Of a stretch of 64,000 bases of DNA, positions 40,890 through 54,061 are shown one piece after another. The DNA comes from Octopus bimaculoides (taxonomy: Eukaryota), in assembly GCF_001194135.2 (NCBI RefSeq), contig NC_068981.1, forward strand, positions 56,966,047 through 57,030,046. The letters run 5' to 3'. Below the pieces are notes generated by a model. It ran no database searches. It was not told the DNA's origin and worked only from the letters and a program-made list of their open reading frames with translations. Made by a program: the position numbers and the translations under genes. Position 1 is the stretch's first letter. Each line of letters starts with the position of its first letter.

Positions 40890-41925
40890 TATATCATCTG
40901 AGCCGAAACTACTACTTAAGATTATATCTCATTTGCACAGATGCTTAGTTGTGTCAGAAACATAATTCTTTTGTTAACTTTTTAAATGCAGCTAGTCCAG
41001 GTGAAGTTTTCTTTTGAAAACAAAAAGACGTCCAATATGATTACGGTTCTACTTCTTCTCCGGAATTTGACAATATTTCAAGCCATTGCCATAATGTTTC
41101 GTGTTTTGCGTCAAAATTTTTGGGACTGTCCATCATTTTATATTAAATGCTGATAGTAATATTTTTTCTTCATGAAATCTTCTCCGACTTTTTACACATC
41201 TCTTTCACTTCCTATCACATTTTAGACAACAGTGAGACTGCTGCTGATTTTGTAGCGACTTGGACAGCAAAGAGTTCATATCTTCTCACCTGAGCTGTGA
41301 GTTATATCTATGACCAAAAATGTTAATGCCTAAATATCTGTAAACAGGTAACATTGGAGTGTAAGCAGTGGCAGCACCAGGTGTTTCATTGTCTGGCAGT
41401 GTTGATTTCAAAGCTTTACTAAGTGTCCCGCTTAATTCCAAATTGGATCTTTTTTTTTTAAACCAGCTCTTAAGCAATTCAAATTATTTTTAATGTCCTG
41501 TTCATTTTCAAACATGTATTTTCTCTTTCTGCAAACCTTCTTTTGATTACACACAACTGTAAATCCTAAAGTATTGATAAAGTACTCTTGTTTTAATTTT
41601 CATACTTTTGTTTTAATTTTCCCTATGGTAGATCTTATTTTAAATATATATCCACACTTCTCTGTCTTCTGCTTTCGCTTCTTGAAACAGACATCGTGGA
41701 GCGAGATTTAAGATCTTAGACAAACAAGACCGATTTCGACTTTTAACTGCAACCAACTCGCATCAACTGCATTGGTCCGATGAAAAATAATGATTCTGTC
41801 ATTTTCCATTTATTAATTCTTTTGCAACTCTGAAAAACGAACCGATATATATATATATATATATATANNNNNNNNNNNNNNNNNNNNNNNNNNNNNNNNN
41901 NNNNNNNNNNNNNNNNNNNNNNNNN

Positions 41926-42100
41926 GTAACTGAACGTCTTACCAGTATTCTCCGTACATCTCTGTTTATCAATAAATCACACACGTGATTTGATTGACGT
42001 TAGGGTTAGGGTTAGGGTTAGGATTAGGGTTAGGGTGTGATTTATTTATAAACAGCTAGAAGAAAACGGATAATACTGGTAAGTCGTTCAGTTATTTCCC
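41926..42100. mobile_element. Palindromic MITE-like element with a central (TTAGGG)n tract
   Basis: Arm 41926-41982 is an imperfect inverted repeat of 42035-42095. The loop holds six TTAGGG/TTAGGA units (42000-42035). Confidence 0.8.
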
Positions 42101-43064
42101 TTGAATATTTTTATTTAAGTTTTTATCCCCCTAAACTTGAAGATTACCTATATATATAAGTATAAACTTATCTCACGCCCCTTCACCCCCCCCCCAATAA
42201 GCACTAGAAATGTTTATGAAATTATATATTTAATGTCTGGTCGATGAGGAAATGAGAATTGATCACCTATATGCTTTTCATGGTGGAATTGGTGAAATGA
42301 GGTAAAGAAATGTAATGGTGTCACCTGAGAATCGAAACTAAAAACTTGTGTCAGCTTATCGAGAATTCACATTGTACAATGCTGTCTCCTTATAAGGTTA
42401 CATGTCACTGACTTCTCGACTGACTCGTCAGCTGTTACACTTTAACTGTCAGTCCAGAAGATTTCCTATGCAACATAGACTTTTTATTATCGCTACGTTT
42501 TCACCAAATATTCATTATCTTCCTGATTTTAAATTCTTCCTAAAAAAAGTACCAAAAATATCTCAATCTCATATACATCGTTTATGTTTTGTTTCATTCT
42601 GACAAGTTTATACATCTCACATATATCGTTTGCATTTTCTTTAACTGAAGTGGGCTTGTAAACCACTTCTATATTTGTCATTTGCGTGTTGTGGGTGGTT
42701 TTTTTTAAATAAAAGATGTTTATTTAGTTGGGGTTTTTTTCTTTTTCTCGAGATATTTTTCTTATCTAACGAAGAAAACATGTTTCACATTTCCTGAAGA
42801 ATTTTCCTCCATCAAATTAAACTTGGTTCTAAGTTTTTGCAATTTTTTTTCTGCACTTTCCTCGTTTCCTTTATCGTATTTATTTTTCGTAAAGAGAACT
42901 TTCAGCTTGAGAACATTTTCTCGAGTTGTCTTCAAGAGTAATAAAATCTCGGATTGCTATCATTTTCGCTTCTTTTGATGATACAAAAGTAGCGAGTGTA
43001 GAGATTTTCATGCCTTTCCAACCGACGTAAATGGACACTGGTTGTAAGTAAAATTTGCTAAAAA

Positions 43065-43137
43065 TGGATTCAGCTGAGAATCGAACCTGGTATGCAAAAT
43101 TAGCGTTGCCGGTTGCTTACTTCCTACGCGAAGATGC
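43065..43137 (-). pseudogene. tRNA-Gly-like pseudogene / tRNA-derived relic
   Basis: 73 nt from GCATC to CCAGGTTCGATTCTCAGCTGAATCCA, followed directly by TTTTT. The T-arm and the CCGGCAACGC segment align to tRNA-Gly(GCC) with largely CpG-type changes. The acceptor and anticodon stems no longer pair. Confidence 0.45.
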
Positions 43138-44719
43138 TCGTCGAATAGTATAGCTATCAAACAGGTTTATTCTGATTAGGAACAAAGACCTCATATTTCA
43201 GTGAAGTCAAACGACGTCAGATGGGGATAGAAATAAATAATATATATCACTTTATCCTTATCATTGATATAGTGAAAGTAATCGAATTAGACAGTATTAG
43301 AACTTGAACCTATCATTTCCAAAGACTTGATCGTTGCGAGAACGTTAAAAACTATATTTGTTATGTTCAATTTATGATTCTTTACCATAGAATTATGTCG
43401 AGAAGAACAAGAAAGTTTACAAAAACTTACTATTATTATCAAAACCTTTACCGCCACTAGCTCTATCGCTAGCACCACCGTTATCTTTATTTCTATTTTT
43501 ACCACCACTACCACCACCGCTGACGACAATATTTCCACCAACAATATCCCCACCGCTGCCTTCTCTGCCATCAAAATCATTATAACAATCGTATTCGTAA
43601 CAAACAGCCACAAGATACCCTCAATAAAATGTGTTTGCAATAAAGATGAGCCTGTGATACTCGGAGCGCTCTTGAATATTGAAAGTACCTGGAAATGTCT
43701 TATGAGCAGTCGTTTATTGTCCTCGAGGTATACATTTGCATACTTTATGACCACTTTATGGGATTCTTGTAGGTATTAACAGTTTTAGAACAAAGCTTAA
43801 AATATACCGGAAACTTACATAAAAGTGGCTATTTTATAAGGACGAACACATAATTCCTTTATGAACAGCTAAACAGTGAAAAGCACTAGTCAAGGGAAGA
43901 ACTAAATATTAACAAAGAATCGAAAGTTAGATAATTTATTTTAGATAAGGGAATTAAACAGAAGCATTCTGAGTTGCATTTGAAAATGAAAGCTACTCGT
44001 TATGTTGTCAGCTTCTCAAAATACTTGGGAAATTCATTTCCTATATATATATATCATTCTTGCATAAATTACATTGGTCTCCAGTAATTAAGAAAGTCAA
44101 TTCAAATCACTGAACCCATTTAAGAGAATCCCTTCGACACATGTATAACCATGATTAATCACAAGAAAAAAAACTGAAGTCTCTGAAGATATAAAAGAAA
44201 ATTAGAAGCGGCTACTATTTTTGGTAATTACGACACAATTTTTCACTTAACCATTGAACACATTTATAAATTAAAACCGTAAAGAAATTACACATTCCCT
44301 TAAACTTAACTTTTATCATTCAAAATTAGTACTGACTAGCTATAAAATATATCTTGGTATTCTTCACTTGCTTCTATTTCTATTAAGACTTATTTATTTC
44401 ACTAATACCAAAACTATATTAATTTAACATGCATTAGTTATATCTCTGTGAGATATACGCGAATTGTTTTAGACAACTCAAAGCCTTCTCTACATTGTGG
44501 GTGTATTCTATACATAGTAGATGAATTAGCTAGTATGGATAAATGGTAGAGCTTGATTTGTAAAAGTTAAATGTAGGAAAAGAAACTAAACTAGTAATCA
44601 AAACATTTAGATTTTAACATATTTCAAAATATAAAAGAAACTCAATATTACTGAATGAAATTTCAAATATCCTAAGTCCTGAACACTGTAGGACATCCGT
44701 AGCAAAGTTTAAGAAAATC

Positions 44720-44870
44720 TGTAGTTAAGAAGATCACTTTGAACAGCCACATGGTTCCAGTTTCGATTCTACTGCGTGACACCTAACGCCAGTGTCTTCT
44801 ACCAACCTCGGTTGGCCAATGCTTTGTTAATGAAATTCGGCAGACAGAAACTGTTCAAAACCTTGCCATA
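44720..44870 (+). mobile_element. SINE family B, degraded
   Basis: ccacatggttccagtttcgattctactgcgtgacacc...gtgtcttctac...cagacagaaactg. Confidence 0.7.
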
Positions 44871-45117
44871 CATGTGTTTGTGTATACTGGCCTAAAGAAG
44901 TATTTGTGCCTTCTATTTAGGTTCGTAAAGTGAGGTAACTATCTAAAGGTACATAGTTTTGGTGAACTCAACCATTCGATAAAGTTCAATAAATTATATG
45001 TAGCTTATTAATTACTGAGGTTACATATACACACATTTGTATGTGCGTGTATGTGTGTGTATACGCACATACGTACACACACACACACAAACACACAAAA
45101 ATGTGTGTGTGTGTGAC

Positions 45118-45250
45118 AGGCTTCTTTCAGTTTCCGTCTGCCAAATCCACACAAAAGGTTTTCGTCGGCCCGAGGTTAAAGTGGAAGATACTTGCCCAAG
45201 ATGCCTCGCACTGGGACTGAACGCGGCACCAAGTGATTGGAAGCAAACGT
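45118..45250 (-). mobile_element. SINE family B
   Basis: gcttctttcagtttccgtctgccaaatccac...acttgcccaagatgcctcgcactgggactgaac. Confidence 0.85.
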
Positions 45251-45519
45251 CATAAAAATTTTATAGACTTTCGAGAGGACGTGAACTAATTCTCTTTAGA
45301 ATATCTCGAAGCTCACTCATAAAGCTAAAAGTAATAGCATGTTAATCTTTATATCAACATACTTTTCCAACTATGTATTTACATGCTTTTATACACGCGC
45401 GCGCGCACACACACACACAGACCCCCGCCTAAGACTGTAGGTTATGATTTGAAGGTGATTTGCCACTATTTTACGCAAATCGTACAACCGTCTCCTAAAT
45501 GTAACATTGAAGAGATGAG

Positions 45520-46190
45520 TAGACTACACTTCCAAAGCAGCGAAATCGACGGCAGCAGTTCAAGAGGAGCAACTGTTCCTGGTGGTAACATACCGCAAAA
45601 AGGGCCCAGACGCAAACAAATTCGATGGTACGGTGTTGCGTAATGGTCTTTTCGGCCTCTTTGGAGACCGTTTGCAGTCTAATACAAGATCAGCTGTCTT
45701 GAATTTATCACACCACAGAGCATTTTGTATGAGAACGAGAGTCTGATATGCACGCAGCTCCTTCTCATCTTTAAAACACAAACTTGTTGTAGTCTAGAAT
45801 CTGTGTCTTGCAGAAAAGACTTCGTGGCACACGATTACCATCCAACCAAGGATGAAACAGGCTCGCTGTTGCGATTGGAGTATTCCGCACGTTTGTGACA
45901 AAGAAATACCGCCACTTCCGTAGTTGCATTGCGCAAGGTAGGTGCAGTTCTCCTGCAAGCCACCTGACTTTATCTCTTAGTAAGACTAGTAAGAGACTTA
46001 GTGGACTTGCATGTAAGGTGGCTTGCAAATACATGTACGTAGTCAGTCCTAGTCATTAGTGGTAACTAACGGCTGAGACTTGTTGGGAGCACAGACTGAA
46101 GATCTTGGAATGCACAGAACACATAGTATATAGACTGGAACAATTGTCATTCTCTGGTACCCTGCATGGATGCGTCTCTTATTAAAGTGG
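45520..46190 (+). repeat. Unclassified dispersed repeat, copy 2 (homologous to 7700-8440 minus)
   Basis: See copy 1. It ends near ATTAAA at 46181-46186. Confidence 0.7.
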
Positions 46191-46242
46191 TTTTCTTCAT
46201 TGATTACCTATGAAGAAACATAACGTTACACATCTTCGTCTT

Positions 46243-46281
<39 letters not shown>

Positions 46282-47542
46282 CCCGCTCTCTCTCTCTCCC
46301 TCTGTCTTTCTTTCTCTCTCTCTTTCTTTCTCTCTCTCTCTCTCTCTCTCTCTTTCTTGTTTTATTCATTATTTTGTAAGTAGTTACTAGGTCCTCGTTA
46401 AATTTTAAAGACGAACTATGTATGAGAGAGAGAGANNNNNNNNNNNNNNNNNNNNNNNNNNNNNNNNNNNNNNNNNNNNNNNNNNNNNNNNNNNNNNNNN
46501 NNNNNNNNNNNNNNNNNNNNNNNNNNNNNNNNNNNNNNNNNNNNNNNNNNNNNNNNNNNNNNNNNNNNNNNNNNNNNNNNNNNNNNNNNNNNNNNNNNNN
46601 NNNNNNNNNNNNNNNNNNNNNNNNNNNNNNNNNNNNNNNNNNNNNNNNNNNNNNNNNNNNNNNNNNNNNNNNNNNNNNNNNNNNNNNNNNNNNNNNNNNN
46701 NNNNNNNNNNGAGAGAGAGAGGGGGAGAGAGAGAGAGGGGGAGAGTGTGTGTGTGTACGTGTGCATGTATGTGTACGTGTGTGGGCGCGCGTGTTTATGA
46801 ATATTTGTATGTGTATGTAGATGCAGTACATTTATACACATTTATACACGTATCTTTGAGTATATATGTATATTTACCCTTTGGTCAGGAGAGAAAGAGC
46901 ATGAACCTTAACAAGGCTTGCAAGACTAGTGAGGGGGGGGGGACTGGGGAGGGAAAATGTCCTCAACTGAAATTCTGATCTGAATGTTTACAACGAAGAG
47001 AAACCCTTCTTCTGAAGGCATCTTGGAGAGGGTGATGATGTTAACTTGGGTGACAGATTAAGTCTACCACCCAGGATCATATGTGTGTTCGTTTCTGTGT
47101 ATGTGTATACGCATATGAATATGTTTGACTGAGTACATGCGCACGCGTATGTATGTGTGTGTGTTTGTGTATGCATTGGAAAGTAATGTGTGGTAGAAAT
47201 AGCAGCCACATCTTCTTCAAGATTTGGTGGTTATTTCTATCCGGTCCAATCTAGCTGATGAAATGCCATCCCCGATCGCACATCCTTGTGAAAGGCATTC
47301 TGGCTGAATATACAGCCCCTGTTTCATGCATAGAGTACAGTATACCGGGAACCAAATCATCTGATTATTGCTATTCTAGCTCCCTGCAGCGACATAAACT
47401 CCATGACATAGCGCTACGGGCTTGACTTTAATGGGACTGACAACACTCAGGCTGTTATTAGTTTTTGTTAATGTAGTTGCTGTTGTTGCTGCTGCGGTCG
47501 TAACTGTTGATATGTTGATCGTTATTAAAAGTGTTATTGATA

Positions 47543-47715
47543 CTGAAGGCGGCGAGCTGGCAGAATCGATAGCATGGCATTTCGTCAGTCTTCACGTTCT
47601 GAGTTCCTCCTTTTGGGGTCGATAAAATAAGTGCCAATTGAGTACTGGGGTCGATGCAATCGACTTATCTCCTCCCTGAAATTACTGGCCTTGTGCCATA
47701 ATTTGAAATCAGTAT
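47543..47715 (+). mobile_element. SINE family A with internal deletions and 11-bp TSD
   Basis: ggcggcgagctggcagaatcg head. TGTTATTGATA at 47532-47542 and 47716-47726. Confidence 0.9.
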
Positions 47716-47999
47716 TGTTATTGATATCGTTGCTATTATTTTCGTGGTGGTTATTTTTGTTGTCAGTCCTGACTGAATAAACCTATGCTATCACAAAGTG
47801 AAAGCTAGCTATCACAAAATGAAATCAAAATATTATGATGGCGAATCTTTCATAACGACTGTGAAAGTTATAAGATGTTTTGAAGTTTTAATGAATAAAG
47901 TCACGTGAAACGGTCGAACAGCCATGTTAATGATTTAAAAAGGGGGAAATCCTCAACAAAATTATTTTGTGAAATATTACAAAACAAACAAACTGTACA

Positions 48000-48160
48000 T
48001 TAGGGTTTATGATTAGAGTTGGGGTTTAGGGTCAGCATTAGGGCTCAGAGTTCAGGGTTAGAGTTAGTGTTTAAGGTTAGGATTTAGGCTTAGAATTAGA
48101 GTTAGAGTTGAGGTTTAGAGTTAGATATGAGGCTTTGGATTAAGGGTTTGGGTTTAGGAT
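48000..48160 (+). repeat. Degenerate TTAGGG-like array
   Basis: Run of TTAGGG, TTAGAG, TTAGGA and TTTAGG variants. Confidence 0.75.
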
Positions 48161-49059
48161 CAGTCCGACCGGTGGATGATCCAGAGTTAATCAATTAGCA
48201 ACATATTTTTAGTGAACATTTAAAAAAAAATTTTCTAGTACAAGTGAATAACAGAAGCAGATTGAACGTGAAAAATTAAATCAATATACCAAATTTGAAA
48301 TTTTTCACTTAATTTTAAGATTCCAAAAGCTGTGACAGCAACAGAAAAGACCCATAAAGTTTTCTGTCTGATAAAGTAATGCAAAACATACGGTTGAACT
48401 GGTATGTAAACAATTTAAAAATGAAAAATTCTCGATAATCTGTGGGAAAAATTACAAAAAAAACTGTACGTTACTGAAGTAACAGTTCGGTTCATGCAAA
48501 CAATTAATACATTTTTGTAGTGAAAATTCAAAAACGAAAGTTCAGAAAATAGGCACTCGTCAAAGAAAATAGGTAAAAGAATACACGTAGTGGTAGTTTT
48601 AAGTAGACTACTGCTTGGCGTCTTACTATGGAAACAGACACCAAAGTGTCTGTGGTTTTCCAATGATTAAAATTATCCAAACTTTGCAAACTTTAAAGGC
48701 TATTAACTCATTATTTATAACTTGTAGCAAAAATGAATTTCATTTTCATAATTAGCATACAAAACTAAACCAGTACACCAAATTTGAAAACATTTAGAAC
48801 AAAATTTATAAAATAGAAAACTGTGACCGCAACAGAAAACATTCGCGTTGTTGACTATAACTAGTATTATTCAGACAAGAAGGGTTTGATTTCAGAGAGT
48901 TTTGTCTGCTATTTCTGTAACTTCACTGAACTTGTTGTTTACCCCAGTTTTAGCTCCATTTGAGAAAACTAATCACTAATCCTCTATGTGGGGGCTTTTG
49001 TGTGTGGAAGGGTGATGGGTCAGATCTAATAGTAGATGTCTAATGTATTGTTCCTATCT

Positions 49060-49150
49060 AATGCATTGTTCTTAAATTTTAAAAGACGATAATGGTGCGG
49101 TATAAGAGACTTCACTATTATCTCTAGCAGGTCAACACATCATTGGAGGA
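49060..49150 (-). repeat. Dispersed repeat family C fragment
   Basis: aaaagacgataatggtgcggtataagag...tatctctagcaggtca. Confidence 0.5.
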
Positions 49151-49241
49151 GTGTTTCTCAAACCTTTTCAATAAATAAATACAAGACAAAATATGCACCT
49201 CTCCATAAACGGACAAAGTATATAAGTATATAGCACATTCG

Positions 49242-49298
<57 letters not shown>

Positions 49299-50341
49299 NN
49301 NNNNNNNNNNNNNNNNNNNNNNNNNNNNNNNNNNNNNNNNNNNNNNNNNNNNNNNNNNNNNNNNNNNNNNNNNNNNNNNNNNNNNNNNNNNNNNNNNNNN
49401 NNNNNNNNNNNNNNNNNNNNNNNNNNNNNNNNNNNNNNNNNNNNNNNNNNNNNNNNNNNNNNNNNNNNNNNNNNNNNNNNNNNNNNNNNNNNNNNNNNNN
49501 NNNNNNNNNNNNNNNNNNNNNNNNNNNNNNNNNNNNNNNNNNNNNNNNNNNNNNNNNNNNNNNNNNNNNNNNNNNNNNNNNNNNNNNNNNNNNNNNNNNN
49601 NNNNNNNNNNNNNNNNNNNNNNNNNNNNNNNNNNNNNNNNNNNNNNNNNNNNNNNNNNNNNNNNNNNNNNNNNNNNNNNNNNNNNNNNNNNNNNNNNNNN
49701 NNNNNNNNNNNNNNNNNNNNNNNNNNNNNNNNNNNNNNNNNNNNNNNNNNNNNNNNNNNNNNNNNNNNNNNNNNNTATATATATATATATCATACAGAAA
49801 ACCAAAGAGGTATTTATGTTCGTCGTGTCCCACAGGTTTCCTATACCTAAACCTACTTTCTCCTATTGCCAAACTCAAATGCTACTCACTTCATACTTTT
49901 GAGTATGATATCAATAGCAATTATTTACTTTAGCTTTACATTTAATAAACAGCAATAATTGAGAAATTGCTATGAAAGAAACCAAGCGTATGAAATTGGC
50001 AAGATTTTCGTTCGATTTTTTTTTCAATCGAACACATTTTACTACTTCATTTGATTATTTGAATTCGGTTTCCTGTTATTGTTTTTTTAAGCTATTTATA
50101 CTTTTTTTTATAATTTGAACAATTTTAATAATTGAATTGATAAAGGTTTGGATTGTGTCCAAAAGAAAATATTTGTTTTAATATTATATCAAGGAGATTA
50201 ATTTGTAGACGAGGATATAGTCAATTGAATCGATACTAATGTATACTAGGTACGGTACTTAATTGATGGATTCCGATAGGATGAGTAGCAATGTTAACCC
50301 TAGCTAATTTTGAATTCAGAACGCATATAGAGAAAAACTTA

Positions 50342-51650
50342 TCAGGTCATCCCATAAGTTCTGTCCGATTTTATCTTTTTTTTAAATTCAATGAAATTTA
50401 ATAGTATTTTAGAATGTCTAATGGAATTAAAAATTATTTTCGTGCATTTGTGTACATTTAAACTAATTAAATATTATTTTACAGAATAATAGAATTAAAA
50501 TTTCTTTGATTAAAACCCTTTCTAACATGGAAGTATCCAAAGAGCATTTGAGGCACATAATGCTTTATGAGTACAAAAAAGGAAACTCTGCAGCCGAAGT
50601 GACTCGAAACATACACTCAGTTTATGGGAAAGAATGCTTGAATGAAGGAACTTGCAGAAGATGGTTTGCAAAATTCAGAAGTGGAGATTTCAGCCTTGAA
50701 GATAAAGATCGAACAGGACGTCCAGTTGAATTTGATGATAAGCTCCTTGGGGTATTACTTGAAGAAAATCCTGCATTATCATTTGAAGAATTNNNNNNNN
50801 NNNNNNNNNNNNNNNNNNNNNNNNNNNNNNNNNNNNNNNNNNNNNNNNNNNNNNNNNNNNNNNNNNNNNNNNNNNNNNNNNNNNNNNNNNNNNNNNNNNN
50901 NNNNNNNNNNNNNNNNNNNNNNNNNNNNNNNNNNNNNNNNNNNNNNNNNNNNNNNNNNNNNNNNNNNNNNNNNNNNNNNNNNNNNNNNNNNNNNNNNNNN
51001 NNNNNNNNNNNNNNNNNNNNNNNNNNNNNNNNNNNNNNNNNNNNNNNNNNNNNNNNNNNNNNNNNNNNNNNNNNNNNNNNNNNNNNNNNNNNNNNNNNNN
51101 NNNNNNNNNNNNNNNNNNNNNNNNNNNNNNNNNNNNNNNNNNNNNNNNNNNNNNNNNNNNNNNNNNNNNNNNNNNNNNNNNNNNNNNNNNNNNNNNNNNN
51201 NNNNNNNNNNNNNNNNNNNNNNNNNNNNNNNNNNNNNNNNNNNNNNNNNNNNNNNNNNNNNNNNNNNNNNNNNNNNNNNNNNNNNNNNNNNNNNNNNNNN
51301 NNNNNNNNNNNNNNNNNNNNNNNNNNNNNCACTTAAGTGAATCGAAAAGGAGTGATGTTTCATCAGGACAATGCGCGACCCCACACTGCAAAGATCACAT
51401 CACAGAAGATCGAGGAGCTTGGTTGGAAAAAAATTCCTCATCCACCTTATTCTTCCGATCTTGCTCCTTCAGACTGCCATTTGTTTCGTAGTTTACAGAA
51501 TCATTTGAGGGACATATCTTTCGCAAGCCAGGAGGAGGTCGAAACTGACATTTCAGAGTTCTTCGCTTTGAAACCAAAAGAGTTTTACATTGATGGGATT
51601 AAAAAGCTTGTAAATAGATGTAAGGAAGTCATAGATAATCAAGGAAAGAC
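50342..51650 (+). mobile_element. mariner transposon (D,D34D); centre in an N-gap, right TIR absent
   Basis: TA|TCAGGTCATCCCATAAGTTCTGTCCG left end. ORF from ATG 50527: MEVSKEHLRHIMLYEYKKG...RRWFAKFRSGDFSLEDKDRTGRP. After the gap: FHQDNARPH...HPPYSSDLAPSDCHLF, with 34 residues between the two aspartates. Confidence 0.95.
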
Positions 51651-52155
51651 TTCCACATATATATATATATATATATGGAACAAAAACGCAATAGAGGACA
51701 TTAAACCGTTCGGACAGATAGACGACACAAAGGCGGACAAGAGAAACAACAATTAGAAGGACAGGCAAAAAAGGACGGATCATTCTTGGCTTTCTTTCAT
51801 CAGTCAAGTACCAGAAGTCACGACCATTTCGGACAGTTACAATTCATACGGTTCGATCTGGTTGTCCACAAAAAAGTCTAACCTAACAGTATTAGACCCC
51901 TTTGTAAGAAAGCTAGCAAATGCGTACGGCAACAAAGACAAAATGAAAAACAAAAAAAAAACGGAGAACACAATTACGAATACAATAACAAGAAATAACA
52001 ACAGGCGTCTTTCGATTGAGAACGATTCAAATTGAGCTGGCGTGTATGAAGTAAAAGCCTAAAGGCAGGAACATGGGAGATGGACACAAGACGTGTTGAC
52101 GGTTGGCAGTCAAGCCAAGAAAGAAAGATCATAGCTGGCCATATATATTTATATA

Positions 52156-52200
<45 letters not shown>

Positions 52201-52239
52201 TTATTTGTTTATATATGCATACATATATATATACATATA

Positions 52240-52777
52240 TCATCATCATCATCATCGTTTAACGTCCGTTTTCCATACTAGCATGGGTTGGACAGTTCGA
52301 CTGGGGTCTGGGAAGCCAGGAGGCAGGCAGTGTTTCTACAGCTGGATGCCCTTCCTAACGCCAACCACTCCGTGTGTGTAGTGGGTGCCTTTTACGTGCC
52401 ACTGGCACAGGGGCCAGAGGAGGCTGGCAACGGCCACGATCAGTTGGTGCTTTTTACGTGCCACCGGCAAGGAATCCAGTCAATGAGGCGTTGGCATCGG
52501 CCACGTTCGGATAGTGCTTTTTACGTGCCACCGGCATGGGTAACACAACTACAATTTCCATTTGATTTTCATTTTGATGTTGATGTACTTGATTCAATAG
52601 GTCTCCTCAAGCACAGCAGGTCGCCCACGATCCAAAGTACTTTTGAATGGGCTGGGGCTAGCTATACGAAACTAGTGTAGGATACAGCTGTGAACTCACT
52701 TTATTTGCCGGGTCTTCGCAGTCACAGCATATCTCCAGAGGTTTCGGTCTTTCGTCATTGCTTCTGTGAGGCCCAAC
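52240..52777 (-). mobile_element. RTE-clade LINE 3' end with (GAT)n tail
   Basis: Minus strand ends LGLTEAMTKDRNLWRYAVTAKTRQIK* (RTE-type DR..WR). The 3' UTR contains ggatgcccttcctaacgccaacc on the plus strand and a (CAT)n run at 52241-52255. Confidence 0.8.
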
Positions 52778-53016
52778 CCAACGGTTGTTCTGTGTGTTCA
52801 CAATCTGTTCGTACTGGAGCTTCACCATCTGTTCGTACTGCTGTACTGCCAAGCAGTACAGCATGTCGTTTCCAAATTTCTAGCAGCGTGAATTCTGTTT
52901 TTCTCACAGACGGTGCCCAACTGACCCTACTATACTGTGTAGTCGACAAAATCAAAAACAAACAACGTGCATGCACGAAAAACAAAATATAAAATGGCGA
53001 CAATTTATCCATTGCA

Positions 53017-53053
<37 letters not shown>

Positions 53054-54061
53054 TGTGTGTGTTATACACGCACACACGCGTACATATATACGTAAATTAT
53101 GACATGCATGATTTGTATTTATATATATACACATATGTGCATATATGCGTGTATGTGTATGTAGAGGGAGAGAGAGAGAGAAGCGGGTTAAGAAAAATTA
53201 AAGGAAAGAAGAATGAAAGAGAATAAGACATACATGTACTCTGCAGGGTACATCAGATCTCAACTTCATCGAGTGTAAATTACGAAAACAAAATCGATTG
53301 AAATTTACCTAAACCGTGTGTGTGTGTGAGAGAGAGAGAGAGTTTCTCTCTCTGTGCTTGTGTGTGTGAGTATACTTGTGTATGTGTGTGCATGTGTCTG
53401 TATGTGTTAGTGTGTAATGATAATATATATATCATATATATTCGTAGAAACTTGTGAAAGGAATTCCGGTTTTATTTAGTAAATTCCTTAATTCGTTATG
53501 TTTCTAAGTTTATCTGATTGACTGAGTTCAATATATTTGTAAGTATAAGTCTTAATGTTGAAGCCTGTTATTAATTTATGGTATTTATCTGTACACTAAT
53601 TTGAAGGGGTTTTTTTTTTTTTTTTTTTGAGGTTTGGAATTGTTAGTGGTTTGCAAGCATTCGCACCAGACCCCGGGTTTGTGCGAATGATTTCCTTTGA
53701 AGTAGAATGCTTGAAAACACAAGAGACAAGGAATTCTTCCAGTCTATATATTAACAAACTTTTAATCTTAGAATGTTCATTTATCTTCATAAAAGTCGAG
53801 ACATGTCTATGCTAAAGAATGGACTGAATAAGGGCTTTGTTTAGTCTATATTTTCTAATTTTATTTCCATTAATTTATTTTTGGTATTTTTTTTTTATCA
53901 TTTGTATCTGTATTTCTGTGTTATTTTTGTCAATGGAATGCTAAGAAAATATGAGTATAAAACAATGGGAAACTATAGGTGATTTGGCAGTGCTCTTGAA
54001 CCCACTCGCTTGAAGATGTGAAGGTACACAACTATTGTGAGGTTATTTTAATGCAATAATT

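Noticed and set aside
41286-41477. YRYLGI motif suggesting RT domain 7
   Set aside because: No YADD/YMDD motif or other RT context was recoverable upstream.
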